Source of the DNA: Acinetobacter wanghuae
Lineage (GTDB): Bacteria; Pseudomonadota; Gammaproteobacteria; Pseudomonadales; Moraxellaceae
DNA length: 32,000 nucleotides
Direction: 5' to 3'
Assembly: GCF_009557235.1 (NCBI RefSeq)
Contig: NZ_CP045650.1
Coordinates: 810,001 to 842,000 of the forward strand
Position 1 is the first letter of the stretch, and every line of letters begins with the position of its first letter. Below the pieces are notes generated by a model that saw only the letters and a program-made list of their open reading frames with translations, was not told the DNA's origin and ran no database searches. The translations under genes were made by a program, and so were the position numbers. This document shows, in pieces, positions 8,476-17,900 of the stretch.

Positions 8476-9087
8476 ATAAGGATAAGCCAAATTTAACAAA
8501 ATCGGTTGGGCTTTAGCATTCGGATGAATCTGATCGGATTGCATCAAATTTTTATTGCCCGCAACACCAGCCAAGAAAAACGGCAATCGTTTTACTCGGT
8601 ATTTTTCACTCACCACTTTATAATTATTTTCAAACGCTTTGCTATATGCCCGACCATAATTCGGTGGCATTTTCATACCAAAAATAATCACTTTCGCTTT
8701 CGCATTTTGGCTGTGTTTTACTAAAGATTCGAGATTTTTTTGTATCAATTGCGGTGGTTGACCACGTAAGCCATCATTGCCGCCTAACTCAATCACCACA
8801 AGGTTCGGACGATGTGTCTGTAACAGTTTTGGTAAGCGTGCGAGTGCGCCACTGGTGGTTTCACCACTGACACTTGCATTGACCACTTTATGTTGTTTCG
8901 GATAGTGTTGGTCTAAACGTTGTTGTAATAAATGTACCCAAGTTTGATTGGGAGACATGCCATAACCCGCACTAATACTATCACCCAGTATCATAATGGT
9001 TTTGGCAGACACCAACATAGGCAGAAAAGCAAAGCCCATCAGCAACAAATAAGCCAAAAACCGCTGTTTCAGAATTCGAATATGCAT
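8458..9087 (-). CDS. tesA: Periplasmic SGNH/GDSL hydrolase, TesA-type (acyl-CoA thioesterase I / lysophospholipase L1 / arylesterase)
   Basis: 209 aa. Signal peptide. Block I ILGDSISAGYG, block III GGNDGLRG, block V DQIHPN. Divergent from ybbA-ybbP as in E. coli. Confidence 0.85.
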   Translation of the reverse strand: MHIRILKQRFLAYLLLMGFAFLPMLVSAKTIMILGDSISAGYGMSPNQTWVHLLQQRLDQHYPKQHKVVNASVSGETTSGALARLPKLLQTHRPNLVVIELGGNDGLRGQPPQLIQKNLESLVKHSQNAKAKVIIFGMKMPPNYGRAYSKAFENNYKVVSEKYRVKRLPFFLAGVAGNKNLMQSDQIHPNAKAQPILLNLAYPYIKGAL

Positions 9088-9100
9088 AATAAGGACACGT

Positions 9101-9826
9101 ATGATTCAGAATAATCCAGAGTCAACCATCATGCCACACGCGATCATTTCTGCTCAACATTTGACACAAAAGATACAACTTTCGCATAGTCAGTTCACCA
9201 TTTTTGAAGGGCTGAATGTCGAGATTCAAGCAGGCGAACAGGTTGCCATTACAGGTCGTTCAGGCTCTGGAAAATCAACCCTGTTGGGTATTTTAGCTAC
9301 CCTTGATCAAGCCAGTTCAGGACAGTTGCAGGTGTGCGGTGCAGATGTGTCTGCATTAAATGAAGAGCAGCGTGCTCAAGTTCGTTTGCAAAATATCGGT
9401 TTTGTTTTCCAGTCTTTTCAACTGTTACCGCATTTAACCGCACTTGAAAATGTGATGTTGCCACTTCGCTTGCAACCGAACTTTAAATTTGCAGCAGCTG
9501 AACAAAAAGCCTTGGCATTATTAAGCCGCGTAGGTTTAGCACAGCAAGCAGAGCAAACGCCTAAAGTATTATCGGGTGGGGAACAACAACGGGTTGCAAT
9601 TGCACGCGCATTGGTGAGTGAACCGAAAATTATTTTTGCAGATGAACCCACGGGTAATCTTGATGGAGAAACAGCACGAGAGATTGAACAACTGTTATTT
9701 CAATTAAATCGGGAAATGGGCACGACTTTGGTTTTGGTCACACATGATCAAACGCTTGCAGCGCAGTGTCAGCGCCATTTAGAACTCAGTCAGGGACAAT
9801 TAATTGAACATAACGTAGGAGGCTGA
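9101..9826 (+). CDS. ybbA: ABC transporter ATP-binding protein, YbbA (MacB/LolD-type)
   Basis: Walker [10 protein letters not shown], signature [15 protein letters not shown], Walker [14 protein letters not shown]-loop VTHD. SD AAGGA lies 5 nt before the ATG. Confidence 0.9.
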   Translation: MIQNNPESTIMPHAIISAQHLTQKIQLSHSQFTIFEGLNVEIQAGEQVAITGRSGSGKSTLLGILATLDQASSGQLQVCGADVSALNEEQRAQVRLQNIGFVFQSFQLLPHLTALENVMLPLRLQPNFKFAAAEQKALALLSRVGLAQQAEQTPKVLSGGEQQRVAIARALVSEPKIIFADEPTGNLDGETAREIEQLLFQLNREMGTTLVLVTHDQTLAAQCQRHLELSQGQLIEHNVGG

Positions 9827-9827
9827 C

Positions 9828-12299
9828 ATGAACACATTGTTTCGTCCGCTCCTAAAGCAAAGTTTTCAAAGCACCGGTATTTATCTATTAATTATTGCGC
9901 TGACTTTGGCGATTAGTGCCACGACCGCATTGAAATTTAGTAATGAACAGATTCAGCATGCAGTCGCATTACAAGCCGCTGAAATGCTAGCAGCAGACCT
10001 TGTGCTAAGTGACAGTGAACCGTTAAAAGATGAATGGCGTACTCAAGCCAAACAACATGGTTTAAAACAATCTGAAGTCACGACCTTCAGTAGCATGGCG
10101 CATACTCATGATGATTTTGTCATGGTCAATGTCAAAGCGATTGATGCTGCTTTTCCATTACGTGGTGAGCTTAAGGTTCAGCCGCAGGCCAAAACAATCC
10201 AAAGCGGAGAAATATGGCTCAGTCAAAGGGCAATGGAGCTCCTGAAAGTCAAGCTAGGTGATCGCGTCAATATTGCAGATGCGACATTTAAAGTAACTGC
10301 GAAAATTGAACATGATGCCAATCAGGAACTTGGATTTTCAGGTTTCTCACCGACAGTCATGATCGCGCAAGCTGATGTCGCACGAACCCATGCGATTCAA
10401 GTCGGCAGTCGCATTGAATATCGACTATTAATGGCAGGAACACCGCAAAATACGCAAGCATTTGAAGCCGACTTTAAGAAAAAACAGCCTAAGCAAAATC
10501 AAGCCAATCTTGCTACGAGTGAGGTACAAAATGGATTAAAGCTACGTAATGCGACTGAGAGCAATACGCGCTTAATGAAGCCAATCGCCAATCTAGATAC
10601 TTTTTTACAATTGGCGAATATTTTAACGATTTTACTCTGTGGGATCGCTATTGCCCTGACCGCACAACGTTATGTACAACAAAACCAAGATCATATTGCG
10701 CTTATGCGTTGTATCGGTGCGACAAAACGACAGATCCTGAGTGCTTATATCGCACTTTTGGCAGTGGTGTTACTGGTTGCTATTGTGCTCGGTACACTGA
10801 TTGGTGTTGCTTTAGGGTTTGGTTTATTGCAATTGATGATGCAGCTCATTCCACATTTGAGCATTGATTTTTCAGTATGGTCCATGTTGATTGGACCATT
10901 ACCGATTGCCATTTTAACCAGTGCGGTGGTGGTACTTGGTTTTATTTTGCCAAGTGTCTGGCAGTTATTAAACACAGCGCCGATCCGCGTGATTCGTCAA
11001 CAAGAGAAATCGGCTCGTTCTATTGTATGGATGCTCGTCACGGGCACACTCAGTTTGATCTTGTTTAGTGTTGTGCTGACTGAAAATCTCGTGTTAACGG
11101 CTTGGGTGATGGGCTCAATCATTGCACTCTGTGGCATTTTATATCTCAGTATTTGGCTGTTTTTAATCGTGTTGCGTCGTTTAAAGCTAAATATTTCCGC
11201 TTATGTGAGAACACCGTATCAAACTGCATTACAGATGACGGCACTGGCTTTAGGCTTAAGTTTAATGACTGTACTTGCGGTATTAAGGACGGATTTATTG
11301 GAGCGTTGGCAGCAACAATTGCCCGTTGGCACACCCAATCAATTTGTGTATGGATTGCCACCGTACGATATGCCAGAGCTACAAGCGCAGTTGCAACAAC
11401 ATCAATGGCAGAGTACGCCCCTATATCCGAATATTCGTGGGCGCTTGGTCGCAAAAAATGGTCAAGCCTTTTCAGCAGATTTGATTGAAAAAAGTAATAC
11501 GTTGCGACGTGAACTCAATTTGACCCAGTCCAATGTGTATCCAAAAGACAATGTTATTGTGAGCGGTGAAGCGCGCTTAAACCATCTTGGAGATGTCTCT
11601 GTTGAAGCGAATACCGCTAAGGAACTGGGCATTCAAATTGGTGATCGTTTAAGTTTTAGCTTACCTGAAGGGATGCTAGATGCCAAAGTTACCAATTTAC
11701 GCACAGTCGAATGGGAAAGTTTCAGTCCTAATTTCTTCTTTATCTTTGCACCAAATACGATGGATGCCAATGCAGGCAGTTATTTGGGCAGTTTTTACGT
11801 TCCTGAATCGGATAATCCGAAACTGGTGAATCTCATACAACAATTTGCCACCACCGTGTTTATTGATGTCAGCTTACTGTTAGATGAAATCAAACGTATT
11901 GTCAGTTTATTGGTGCAGATTGTCACGATTCTCGCTATTTTGGTGAGTGTTTCAGGCTTTTTAGTGCTAATTGCTTGTTTAAACTTACTCATGGATGAAC
12001 GTAAGCGCGAGGTGGCGTTGCTCAGATCCTTTGGGAGTTCTAAACAACGGATTAAACATATGCTCACGATCGAAATTGGCTTTATTGGTTTGGTGGCGGG
12101 CGTGGTGTCATGTATTTTTGCTGAAATCATCAGTGCTGTTGCGAGTTATAAAATGGACTTATTGATGCACCCACATTGGGAGATTTGGCTGATTTTACCG
12201 CTTCTGATGACACTACTCTGTGCTTTGATCGGGCGCTATCGTCTCAGCTATTTGAGTGAAATTCCACCCTTACAAAGCTTGCGAGAAATGAATCAATAG
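9828..12299 (+). CDS. ybbP: FtsX-family ABC transporter permease, YbbP (two FtsX modules, 823 aa)
   Basis: Large hydrophobic protein with two 4-TM FtsX-like blocks separated by soluble domains. Its ATG begins 1 nt after the ybbA TGA (GGCTGACATG), which fits translational coupling. Synteny with tesA and ybbA. Confidence 0.85.
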   Translation: MNTLFRPLLKQSFQSTGIYLLIIALTLAISATTALKFSNEQIQHAVALQAAEMLAADLVLSDSEPLKDEWRTQAKQHGLKQSEVTTFSSMAHTHDDFVMVNVKAIDAAFPLRGELKVQPQAKTIQSGEIWLSQRAMELLKVKLGDRVNIADATFKVTAKIEHDANQELGFSGFSPTVMIAQADVARTHAIQVGSRIEYRLLMAGTPQNTQAFEADFKKKQPKQNQANLATSEVQNGLKLRNATESNTRLMKPIANLDTFLQLANILTILLCGIAIALTAQRYVQQNQDHIALMRCIGATKRQILSAYIALLAVVLLVAIVLGTLIGVALGFGLLQLMMQLIPHLSIDFSVWSMLIGPLPIAILTSAVVVLGFILPSVWQLLNTAPIRVIRQQEKSARSIVWMLVTGTLSLILFSVVLTENLVLTAWVMGSIIALCGILYLSIWLFLIVLRRLKLNISAYVRTPYQTALQMTALALGLSLMTVLAVLRTDLLERWQQQLPVGTPNQFVYGLPPYDMPELQAQLQQHQWQSTPLYPNIRGRLVAKNGQAFSADLIEKSNTLRRELNLTQSNVYPKDNVIVSGEARLNHLGDVSVEANTAKELGIQIGDRLSFSLPEGMLDAKVTNLRTVEWESFSPNFFFIFAPNTMDANAGSYLGSFYVPESDNPKLVNLIQQFATTVFIDVSLLLDEIKRIVSLLVQIVTILAILVSVSGFLVLIACLNLLMDERKREVALLRSFGSSKQRIKHMLTIEIGFIGLVAGVVSCIFAEIISAVASYKMDLLMHPHWEIWLILPLLMTLLCALIGRYRLSYLSEIPPLQSLREMNQ

Positions 12300-12312
12300 G
12301 CAATATTCAAGC

Positions 12313-12341
12313 AAAAAGAGATGCAAGTGCATCTCTTTTTT
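12313..12341. terminator. Bidirectional terminator between ybbP and rhomboid gene 2
   Basis: aaaaAGAGATGCaagtGCATCTCTtttttt. The rhomboid stop codon (12340-12342) sits in the T-run. Confidence 0.8.
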
Positions 12342-13167
12342 ATGTATTGGATTCGCCTAGCTGTTGTTGCATCATATTAAGAATGTCCTGCCACAAAGGA
12401 GAAATTGGTTCAATAAGCTGCAAATTGTATTGATATAAGGCATAGCAAAGCATACTTGCCAAAATCAGTGCGATCATATTCGTGATATTTGCGCGTTGCC
12501 ATTTTTGACCTAAGTACCAAACCAAACTTAATATACCGCCCATGAACATGCCGCCTATATGCGCTGCGTTGTTAATGCCACTGATCATAAAGCCCATCAT
12601 GAGGTTTAAACCCATCACCATTAGTAGTGTCTTTTTATCTAAAATAAATTTTTGCTGAGCTAATACAGGGAATAACGACAAAATGGTCAATGCACCACCT
12701 AAGCCCATTACTGCACCTGAAGCACCAGCACTGACACTTGGGAGCAAGCTTGGATTGGCAACGCCACCCTCAATCAAGCTATAGCTATCTTGAATGCTCA
12801 TATAGCCACTCAATAGACTGCCCATTAAGCCGGCTAAAACATACAAACCAATGAAATAAAAACGGCCATAAAGTTGTTCAGCTACGCTGCCAAAAATATA
12901 CAAAGCCCACATATTCAACATGAGGTGAATTAAGCCAAAATGGAAAAACATGCTGCTAAACAGTCGCATGGGTTCCACTAAGTAGGTTAAGGGTGCATAA
13001 TCTGCTCCCCATCGAATGGCATCCGATGTACTCGGTTGATTGACATCTGTACCAGTCAACGCTTGTATCGAAAACAACGCAACATTGATCGTAATCAATA
13101 GGGCAGTGATCCACCAAAGTTGCAGTTCAAGTTTTTTGTGAATTCGTGGGGGAGAATAGTCAGACAT
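12340..13167 (-). CDS. Rhomboid-family intramembrane serine protease (275 aa, second paralogue)
   Basis: FFHFGLIHLMLNMWALYIFG, GASGAVMGLGGAL (catalytic Ser) and AAHIGGMFMGG (catalytic His). Confidence 0.85.
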   Translation of the reverse strand: MSDYSPPRIHKKLELQLWWITALLITINVALFSIQALTGTDVNQPSTSDAIRWGADYAPLTYLVEPMRLFSSMFFHFGLIHLMLNMWALYIFGSVAEQLYGRFYFIGLYVLAGLMGSLLSGYMSIQDSYSLIEGGVANPSLLPSVSAGASGAVMGLGGALTILSLFPVLAQQKFILDKKTLLMVMGLNLMMGFMISGINNAAHIGGMFMGGILSLVWYLGQKWQRANITNMIALILASMLCYALYQYNLQLIEPISPLWQDILNMMQQQLGESNT

Positions 13168-13244
13168 GCTTTTCTTTTGCTGTGGTTTTATATTTCGAAT
13201 AAGCTTAACACGAAAAAATACATTTTCAGGAGTAACTCGCTGAC

Positions 13245-13919
13245 ATGAAAGCTTTCTTGCTACGTACCCTTTTGCTTTTAATCAGCGTGGTGCTATTGAT
13301 TCAACTGTGGATTTTCGCGAGTCTGGCGTGGTGGCGCACCAATCCAGTTGAAACGACCATGATGATGCGCATTGACTATTGGACACAGCCTGATAAACCA
13401 ATTCAACATCAATGGCGTCCTTACGATGAAATTAGCCAGAATTTAAAAAAAGCGATTGTGACCGCTGAAGATGGAAAATTTATTCGCCATCATGGTTTTG
13501 ATTGGGATGGCATTCAAACTGCCTTGAATCGTAACAAAGACGAAGGCAAAGTGGTGGCAGGTGGCTCCACCATCTCTCAGCAATTGGTAAAAAATTTATT
13601 CTTATTTAATAAACGCTCATTTGTGCGTAAGGGACAAGAAGCCGTTGCGACATGGATGATGGAACGCATGTGGTCGAAGCAACGTATTCTGGAAGTATAT
13701 TTAAACTCGATTGAATTCGGCGACAATATTTATGGGGTAGAAGCTGCGGCAAAACATTATTTTGGTAAAACGTCAAAAAGCCTCACCAAAGATCAAGCGA
13801 TATTCTTAGCAGCCATTTTAACGAATCCAAAATATTTCGAAGAACATCGTCATGCATCCGGTTTAAAAGTGCGTAAGCAGATGATTCAACGTTATATGCG
13901 TTATGCCGAATTGCCTTAA
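13245..13919 (+). CDS. mtgA: Monofunctional biosynthetic peptidoglycan glycosyltransferase
   Basis: 224 aa. One N-terminal TM segment. GT51 motifs [28 protein letters not shown] and RKGQE. No transpeptidase domain. Confidence 0.9.
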   Translation: MKAFLLRTLLLLISVVLLIQLWIFASLAWWRTNPVETTMMMRIDYWTQPDKPIQHQWRPYDEISQNLKKAIVTAEDGKFIRHHGFDWDGIQTALNRNKDEGKVVAGGSTISQQLVKNLFLFNKRSFVRKGQEAVATWMMERMWSKQRILEVYLNSIEFGDNIYGVEAAAKHYFGKTSKSLTKDQAIFLAAILTNPKYFEEHRHASGLKVRKQMIQRYMRYAELP

Positions 13920-13937
13920 TGTAAAAAAATTTATAAT

Positions 13938-13961
13938 AAGCCCCGAATTGGGGCTTTTTTT
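13938..13961 (+). terminator. Intrinsic terminator of mtgA
   Basis: AGCCCCgaattGGGGCT followed by T7. Confidence 0.85.
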
Positions 13962-14030
13962 ATGAAATTGTCATATAGTTGAAGCATACTGAGAGAGATA
14001 CATCCGCTTTTAAATTGAGTAAGGTTCGAT

Positions 14031-16112
14031 ATGAATACCGCAGCGAGCACGCCTTCGACACAGATTGAATACAGCTATAATGATCGTTATATTAATCGTG
14101 AACTTTCGATACTCGATTTTCATCTGCGGGTCTTAGAGCAGGCGGTCGATCCTTTGCATCCTTTGCTTGAGCGGATGAATTTCTTGCTGATTTTTTCGCG
14201 CAATTTAGATGAATTTTTTGAAATTCGTGTTGCTGGTATTTTGGAGCAACTTGATTTAGGCAATGAAAGCCGTAGTCCTGATGGCTTAACGCCAAAACAA
14301 GTTTTAGAACAGATTTCAAAAACCGCACATGCTGCGATTGAGCGCCAATACCGTATTTTAAACGAAGAAATTTTGCCAAAATTACGTGAAGAAGATATTT
14401 GCTTCTTGCGCCGTGGTGAACTTACACCTGCACAATCGGCTTGGGTGAAAAAATATTTCCAAGAACAAGTCGCACCAGTTCTAACCCCCATCAGTTTAGA
14501 TCCTGCACATCCATTCCCACGTTTAGTCAATAAATCGCTGAATTTCATTGTGACACTAGAAGGTAAAGATGCCTTTGGTCGTCAAATTGATTTGGCTGTT
14601 GTGCCTGCGCCACGTTCATTGCCGCGTGTGGTGCGTTTACCCGATGAATTGACTGAGGGTAAAGAGCATCACGTCATGCTCTCTGCCATTATTCATGAGC
14701 ATGTCTCAGATTTATTCCCTGGCATGACCGCAACAGGCTGTTATCAGTTCCGTGTCACTCGTAATGCCGATTTGGCTTTAAATGAAGATGTTGAAGACTT
14801 AGCCATTGCATTGAAAGGTGAACTCAACTCACGCCGTTTTGGTCGTGCAGTACGTTTAGAAGTGACAGAGAATTGTCCAAGTCATATTTATGATTATTTG
14901 CTTGAAGAGTTCGATCTACATGAAGGGCAACTCTATAAAGTTGCAGGACCCGTCAATTTAGCGCGTTTATTATCGAATTTTAAGCGTCCACATTTACGCT
15001 ATGATTCACATACGCCGATTATTCCTAAAGCACTAAAAAAGGCTGAAAATATTTTTTCAGCCATGCAAAAACAAGATATTTTATTGCATCATCCGTTTGA
15101 ATCTTTTGCGCCTGTTATTTCTCTATTACGTGAGGCTGCACGTGATCCGCAAGTGCTTGCGATTAAACAAACCTTATATCGTAGCGGTGCAAACTCGGAA
15201 ATTGTTCAGCTGTTGGCTGAAGCCGCACGCAATGGCAAAGAAGTCACAGCAGTCATTGAACTGCGTGCACGTTTCGATGAAGAATCAAATATTGCCGTTG
15301 CCAATGTTTTGCAAGAAGCGGGTGCTGTGGTGGTCTACGGCATTGTTGGCTATAAAACCCATGCCAAAATGATTTTGGTGGTGCGCCGTGAAAACAATAA
15401 ATTGGTGCGTTACGTGCATTTAGGCACAGGAAATTATCATGCAACGAATGCACGGATTTATACCGATTATGGCTTACTCACCACAGACAAAGAGCTGTGT
15501 GAAGATGTGCATCGCATTTTCCAAGAACTGACTGGTATGGGCAAAATGGCGAAGCTGAAAAAACTGTTACATGCACCATTTACTTTACATACCCAATTGA
15601 TTCACTTTATTGAGCAAGAGATTAGCAATGCTCAAGCCGGTAAAGCTGCGCATATTATTGTCAAAGTGAATGCGCTGACCGAACGTGAACTCATTAATAA
15701 ATTATACGAAGCTTCGCAAGCAGGCGTGAAAATTGATTTGATTATCCGTTCGATTTGTTGCTTACGACCGGGCTTGCCAGGCTTATCTGAAAATATTCGC
15801 GTGCGTTCAATTGTCGGACGTTTCCTAGAACATACGCGGGTTTATTATTTCAGCAACAATGGCAATGCAAAAATTTATTGTTCAAGTGCAGACTGGATGG
15901 ATCGCAATCTATTTAACCGTGTAGAAGCATGTTTCCCGATTGAAGATGAAAGCTTGAAAAAACGCATTTATCAGCAAGGTTTGGTCAATTATTTAAATGA
16001 CAATCAACAAGCATGGCTGTTACAAAGTGATGGAACATGGTTGCGTGCTGAAGTGGCAGAGGGTACAGCGCCACATAATGCTCAGCGTAAATTGTTAGAT
16101 ATCATCAAATAA
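14031..16112 (+). CDS. ppk: Polyphosphate kinase 1
   Basis: 693 aa, a typical PPK1 length, collinear by eye with E. coli Ppk. [19 protein letters not shown]-terminus, [12 protein letters not shown] (autophosphorylated His region), LGTGNYH, and C-terminal PLD-like domains (SADWMDRNL). Confidence 0.95.
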   Translation: MNTAASTPSTQIEYSYNDRYINRELSILDFHLRVLEQAVDPLHPLLERMNFLLIFSRNLDEFFEIRVAGILEQLDLGNESRSPDGLTPKQVLEQISKTAHAAIERQYRILNEEILPKLREEDICFLRRGELTPAQSAWVKKYFQEQVAPVLTPISLDPAHPFPRLVNKSLNFIVTLEGKDAFGRQIDLAVVPAPRSLPRVVRLPDELTEGKEHHVMLSAIIHEHVSDLFPGMTATGCYQFRVTRNADLALNEDVEDLAIALKGELNSRRFGRAVRLEVTENCPSHIYDYLLEEFDLHEGQLYKVAGPVNLARLLSNFKRPHLRYDSHTPIIPKALKKAENIFSAMQKQDILLHHPFESFAPVISLLREAARDPQVLAIKQTLYRSGANSEIVQLLAEAARNGKEVTAVIELRARFDEESNIAVANVLQEAGAVVVYGIVGYKTHAKMILVVRRENNKLVRYVHLGTGNYHATNARIYTDYGLLTTDKELCEDVHRIFQELTGMGKMAKLKKLLHAPFTLHTQLIHFIEQEISNAQAGKAAHIIVKVNALTERELINKLYEASQAGVKIDLIIRSICCLRPGLPGLSENIRVRSIVGRFLEHTRVYYFSNNGNAKIYCSSADWMDRNLFNRVEACFPIEDESLKKRIYQQGLVNYLNDNQQAWLLQSDGTWLRAEVAEGTAPHNAQRKLLDIIK

Positions 16113-16126
16113 ACACAAGCGGCAAT

Positions 16127-16160
16127 AAAAAAAGAGGCTGATCATTCAGCCTCCTTTTTT
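16127..16160. terminator. Bidirectional terminator between ppk and the atypical regulator gene
   Basis: aaaaaaaGAGGCTGatcattCAGCCTCctttttt. Confidence 0.85.
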
Positions 16161-16167
16161 ATGAATT

Positions 16168-16773
16168 TTAAGATTGCGCTATTTTTCGATAAATTTGCCG
16201 AACCATTTGATGCACTTGAAAATCATGGGATTGAAGATGCTGCAGTATCTGTTCAAATGGCATGTTTTGAGCGAATAAGCTTAAAAGCTGTTGCTCTTGC
16301 GGATGGATCTTATTCATTAATAATGAATTTTGATGTATCTGATCAAGTAGATATTGTGCAACGTCGCTATGCAAATAAGCACCACCACGCAACGCGATTT
16401 TTAAACTTTCTGAAAGATCTTCAATGGGTTGTTCAAGTAATAAATAACTGTCAATCCCCTGTAACAATGCGGAGTAAATGAGCGGAGCAGAGCTGAGGGC
16501 AACGACGGTAATAAATTGGTCGTTATATAGTTTTTGCTTAATTCGAGAAATAAACTCGACGTGGACAGGACTGGCGACGCCATATAAAATTAAATTTGGT
16601 AAATGCTGTTCAATGATGGCTGCGGCATCATGTTCATGATCTGCATATAAGACCATATCTTGGTGATAACCTAAGGCTTGAATGACCGCATCAATTTTGC
16701 TCAGATCAAGATCTGCTGAAGGGCGTATAATCAGAATAGGTACGGGTAACATCATTGCCAAGGTCAAGCACAT
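16168..16773 (-). CDS. NarL/FixJ(LuxR)-type regulator with a degenerate, aspartate-less receiver domain
   Basis: 201 aa, collinear by eye with NarL. ILIIRPS replaces ILLIDDH. PNLILYGV replaces PDLILLDL (phospho-Asp to Gly). VVALSS is kept. DSYLLLEQP replaces DGYLLKDME (Lys to Leu). The C-terminal HTH QEQQLLSLFAQNMPFEQILQHL....VHQMVRQIYRKI corresponds to [22 protein letters not shown]....VKVHVKHMLKKM. The true start may be the internal MM at codons 7-8. Confidence 0.6.
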   Translation of the reverse strand: MCLTLAMMLPVPILIIRPSADLDLSKIDAVIQALGYHQDMVLYADHEHDAAAIIEQHLPNLILYGVASPVHVEFISRIKQKLYNDQFITVVALSSAPLIYSALLQGIDSYLLLEQPIEDLSESLKIALRGGAYLHSDVAQYLLDQIHQNSLLMNKIHPQEQQLLSLFAQNMPFEQILQHLQSHDFQVHQMVRQIYRKIAQS

Positions 16774-16944
16774 CCAAAGAGAGCTTTATATAACGCTTAC
16801 TTTGCAGCATTTGACAGGTCTTGAGTATCCCAAAAAATAGGTATTCTTCTATAAAAATAAATATTTATTTTAAATATTTTATGGTGTTTAGATGGAGCTT
16901 GAAAAATCTGCTGATTACAAAACACGAGTGGCTTTATATCAGCC

Positions 16945-16976
16945 ATAAAGAAAGGAGCAACTGAGTGCTCCTTTTT
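16945..16976 (-). terminator. Probable terminator of the rubA-rubB-estB-oxyR operon
   Basis: Stem AGGAGCA/TGCTCCT (16953-16959 / 16966-16972) 17 nt after the oxyR stop. On the minus strand it is followed by a T-rich TTCTTTAT. Confidence 0.6.
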
Positions 16977-16988
16977 CATCATGCGATT

Positions 16989-17894
16989 CTAGTCTTTGTG
17001 CTGGCAAATCTTTTGTAAAATTTGCAGTAACACATCAAATTCACTTTGTAGCGGTGTACTTTTACGTGTTACCAATGCCAAAGTACGGCTTGGTGCAGCA
17101 TTAATCGGTTTGACTTGCAAATCGGGATTTGCTTTGATCATGTTGGTGTGTAATGAAATCTGTGGCAATAACGTAAAGCCAAGATCACTTGAGACCATTT
17201 CGATTAAGGTCGGTAACGAACTTGCTTTTAAACGGTGATCATTTTTACGTTCGCCAATTGGACACGCACTTAAAGTATGGTCGCGTAAGCAATGACCTTC
17301 TTCAAGGAGCATGAGACGAGACAAATCAAGTTCATCTAGCGACGCAGCTTGTGCTGAATTTTGATCTGACTTGTGATGGACCAAGAACAAATTTTCTTTT
17401 GTAATTTCAGCAACTTTTAAACCGCGTGTATCAAATGGGAGCGCTAAAACAACCATGTCTAGGTTGCCGTGCTCTAATTTTTCTACAATCTTTTCACTTT
17501 GTGCTTCATGCAAATGCAATTGAATTTTAGGCAATTGTTTATGCACTTCATCAAGCAATTGCGACAAAATGAAAGGTGCGATGGTCGGGATCACACCAAG
17601 GTGTAAATCTCCGGTCAAAGGTTCACTCATTTCGCGGCTTAAACGCATTAGATCTTGAGCATCTGCCAGTAGAACACGGGCGCGAGCAACTACTTGTTCA
17701 CCGAGTGGAGTTAATCGAACATTCTGGCGATCGCGTTCAACAAGTACGCCACCAAGTAAACGCTCTAACTCCATAATCCCGCCAGACAAAGTCGATTGGG
17801 TTACAAATGAACGGCGAGCAGCTTCTGTAAAATGCAGCGTCTCAGACAGTGTTACGAGATATGACAGCTGTCTTAGGGATGGTAATGCAGCCAT
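16989..17894 (-). CDS. oxyR: LysR-family hydrogen-peroxide sensor/regulator OxyR
   Basis: 301 aa. N-terminal wHTH LRQLSYLVTLSETLHFTEAARRSFVTQSTLSGGIMELE. Redox Cys pair in LLEEGHCLRDHTLSACP, the spacing of OxyR C199/C208. Last gene of the rub operon, as in A. baylyi ADP1. Confidence 0.9.
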   Translation of the reverse strand: MAALPSLRQLSYLVTLSETLHFTEAARRSFVTQSTLSGGIMELERLLGGVLVERDRQNVRLTPLGEQVVARARVLLADAQDLMRLSREMSEPLTGDLHLGVIPTIAPFILSQLLDEVHKQLPKIQLHLHEAQSEKIVEKLEHGNLDMVVLALPFDTRGLKVAEITKENLFLVHHKSDQNSAQAASLDELDLSRLMLLEEGHCLRDHTLSACPIGERKNDHRLKASSLPTLIEMVSSDLGFTLLPQISLHTNMIKANPDLQVKPINAAPSRTLALVTRKSTPLQSEFDVLLQILQKICQHKD

Positions 17895-17900
17895 AGTGTC

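Noticed and set aside
11102-11488. Mutually antisense ORFs 11102-11488 (+) and 11146-11454 (-) inside ybbP, and 14092-14548 (-) inside ppk
   Set aside because: They lie entirely within strongly supported long genes. They have no motifs, and the Cys/Arg/Ser-rich composition is typical of off-frame translation.
16161-16583. ORFs 16161-16481 (+) and 16401-16583 (-) overlapping the regulator gene
   Set aside because: These are alternative-frame or antisense shadows of the 201-aa NarL-like ORF, which alone shows family-like sequence features.
16797-16982. 61-aa minus-strand ORF between oxyR and the atypical regulator
   Set aside because: Its start codons lie inside the oxyR terminator hairpin and it has no SD. 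The sequence is AT-rich and low in complexity (KINIYFYRRIPIF). It fits better as a promoter/UTR region.
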